DNA of 64,000 nt, from the NCBI GenBank assembly GCA_963665115.1, contig OY762007.1, positions 3,168,001 through 3,232,000 of the forward strand, read 5' to 3'. Positions within the stretch are counted from its first letter, which is position 1, and every line of letters starts with the position of its first letter. Shown in pieces: positions 62,213 to 64,000 of the stretch. The DNA comes from an uncultured Rivularia sp. Its GTDB lineage: Bacteria; Cyanobacteriota; Cyanobacteriia; Cyanobacteriales; Nostocaceae. The notes under the pieces were generated by a model, which saw only the letters and a list, made by a program, of their open reading frames with translations, was not told the origin of the DNA and made no database searches. Made by a program: the position numbers and the translations under genes.

Positions 62213-63097
62213 CTATGAAACATCTGCATGGTAAGAGCTACGAACTAAAGGACCAGAACGAACGTGAGAGAATCCTAAGTTACGAGCGATTGTGCCTAAT
62301 TCTTCAAATTCTTCTGGTGTCCAATATTTTTGTACGGGTAAATGTTCTAATGAAGGTCGCATATATTGGCCGATTGTCAGGCGATCGCACTCGACATTAC
62401 GTAAATCTTTCATAGTCTCGATCACTTCTTCGGCTGTTTCACCATGTCCCAACATCAAGCCGGATTTAGTGGGAATTGTAGAGTCGATTTCTTTGACTAA
62501 TTGCAGTACCTGCAAGGAACGATTATACTTTGCCCCTCGACGCACGGGGTCTTGTAAACGTCTTACTGTTTCAATATTATGGTTATAGCAAGCTGGTTTA
62601 GCTAAAGTAATTACTTTTATGGGTTCTGTTTTGCCATAAAAATCTGGTGTAAGCACTTCAATTTTAGTTTCTGGATTTAATTGACGGATGGTTTCCATTG
62701 TCTTTACGAACCAACTCGCACCACCATCTGATAAATCATCGCGGGCTACAGAAGTTAAAACCACATAGCGCAATCCTAAAAGCTGTATCGCCTGTGCCAC
62801 TTTTTGTGGTTCTTCTGGATCTAAAGGCATTGGTGCATGACCCTTATCTACTTGACAGAAAGCACAGGATCGAGTGCAAGTAGGTCCCATTAACAAAAAG
62901 CTGGCAGTTTTTTGTGAATAGCACTCTCCACGGTTTGGACAACGCCCTTCTTCGCAGATAGTGTGGATCTGGCGCTGCTTAATAATCCTTTGAACCGTCG
63001 AGAGTTCGCTGGCTTTACCAATCCCAGGACGCAACCACCCTGGCATTGCCGTAATTTCTGATTTAATAGAAGCTTGTTTTGAGGAAGTCATGGACAT
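62213..63097 (-). CDS. lipA: lipoyl synthase
   Basis: [25 protein letters not shown]. Confidence 0.95.
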   Translation of the reverse strand: MSMTSSKQASIKSEITAMPGWLRPGIGKASELSTVQRIIKQRQIHTICEEGRCPNRGECYSQKTASFLLMGPTCTRSCAFCQVDKGHAPMPLDPEEPQKVAQAIQLLGLRYVVLTSVARDDLSDGGASWFVKTMETIRQLNPETKIEVLTPDFYGKTEPIKVITLAKPACYNHNIETVRRLQDPVRRGAKYNRSLQVLQLVKEIDSTIPTKSGLMLGHGETAEEVIETMKDLRNVECDRLTIGQYMRPSLEHLPVQKYWTPEEFEELGTIARNLGFSHVRSGPLVRSSYHADVS

Positions 63098-63583
63098 CCG
63101 TGGTTTATGAGTATGTTTACAGATTGAGTAACCTAAGATCAACATACAACAAACTGCTATTTCTACCTTGATTTAACAAATAGCTTCAAAAACGCATTTT
63201 GAATTAACAATACATTTTAAGAAAAACAGAATCTGCCTTAAGTGCGTAAGTCTTAATACTGATATCTATCGGTAAATTACAGATAATATGAGTAATTTTT
63301 ATTTAATTTCCTAGTATATGGTTACTCCTAGCGAACTAATTTATATCCTTCCTCAATGCTCAAAAGCTTGTAGATCGGGAGGAAAAGCTTTTAATTTTGC
63401 AATATAAATGTGCCAGTCACAGCTATCTCATGATGTTGTATAAAACACCTATATAAATGCTATTTTCTCGGAAATTACTCTCCCCCCATATATATATATT
63501 TTGGATATAGTGGGATAACTCTAGTATTCAGCTATGGGCGATAACGCCATTTAAACCTAAATTATCTTTTAGAGCGAAACATC

Positions 63584-64000
63584 GTGGCAAATAATAAAAT
63601 TTTAGTTATTGATGACACTACAGTAGTCAGGGTAAAAGTACGGGAAATGTTACCTCCGGGTAATTTTCAAGTACTAGAAGCAAAAGACGGCTTAGAAGGG
63701 CTTAAATTAATCAAGAAAGAAAGATTTAGTTTGATTATGCTAGATTTTCTGTTACCAAAGATGAGTGGCTGGGAAGTTTATCAGGAAATTCAGGCACAGC
63801 CAGATTTAAGAAAAACTCCTTTAGTTGTAATGTCAGGACGTAAAGAGGAAGTTACTGAAAAAATTTCCGAGCCGTTTGAGCATTTTGAATTTCTTAACAA
63901 GCCTTTTGACCAAAAACAGCTTATTAGCTCAATTAAAGCAGCGATGGCGAAGGCTAAACAACCTCGAACCCAACCTGTTGCTGTAGCAGCTGCTCATACA
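63584..64000 (+). CDS. response regulator receiver protein, 3'-truncated by window edge
   Basis: GTG start; KILVIDD, IMLDFLLP, VMSG, KPF. Confidence 0.88.
   Translation, partial: MANNKILVIDDTTVVRVKVREMLPPGNFQVLEAKDGLEGLKLIKKERFSLIMLDFLLPKMSGWEVYQEIQAQPDLRKTPLVVMSGRKEEVTEKISEPFEHFEFLNKPFDQKQLISSIKAAMAKAKQPRTQPVAVAAAHT

Overview
AT-rich chromosomal window from a filamentous cyanobacterium; HIP1 octamers, STRR heptamers, plmA, an hrmK-like kinase and psaX point to Nostocales (inference). Mostly housekeeping genes (rpmF, rnj-dapA-asd, tig-clpP-clpX, nadA, glyQ, comEC, larE, lipA), two tandem rRNA operons and two tRNA-Ser genes. Mobile DNA: two unrelated TnpA-less TnpB elements, each with an unannotated divergent ribbon-helix-helix-like micro-ORF (one splits a tandem XRE-HTH gene); a complete IS66-family element with a highly structured non-coding right arm; IS701-like remnants between the rRNA operons; several MITE/small dispersed repeat families. 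Six conserved genes are split by +1 homopolymer frameshifts, most likely sequencing errors. No CRISPR array. Best leads: the TnpB/RHH/XRE-paralogue locus (27.5-30 kb), the IS66 internal RNA-like structure (53.5 kb) and the repeat-bracketed GxxExxY cassette (1.65-2.2 kb).
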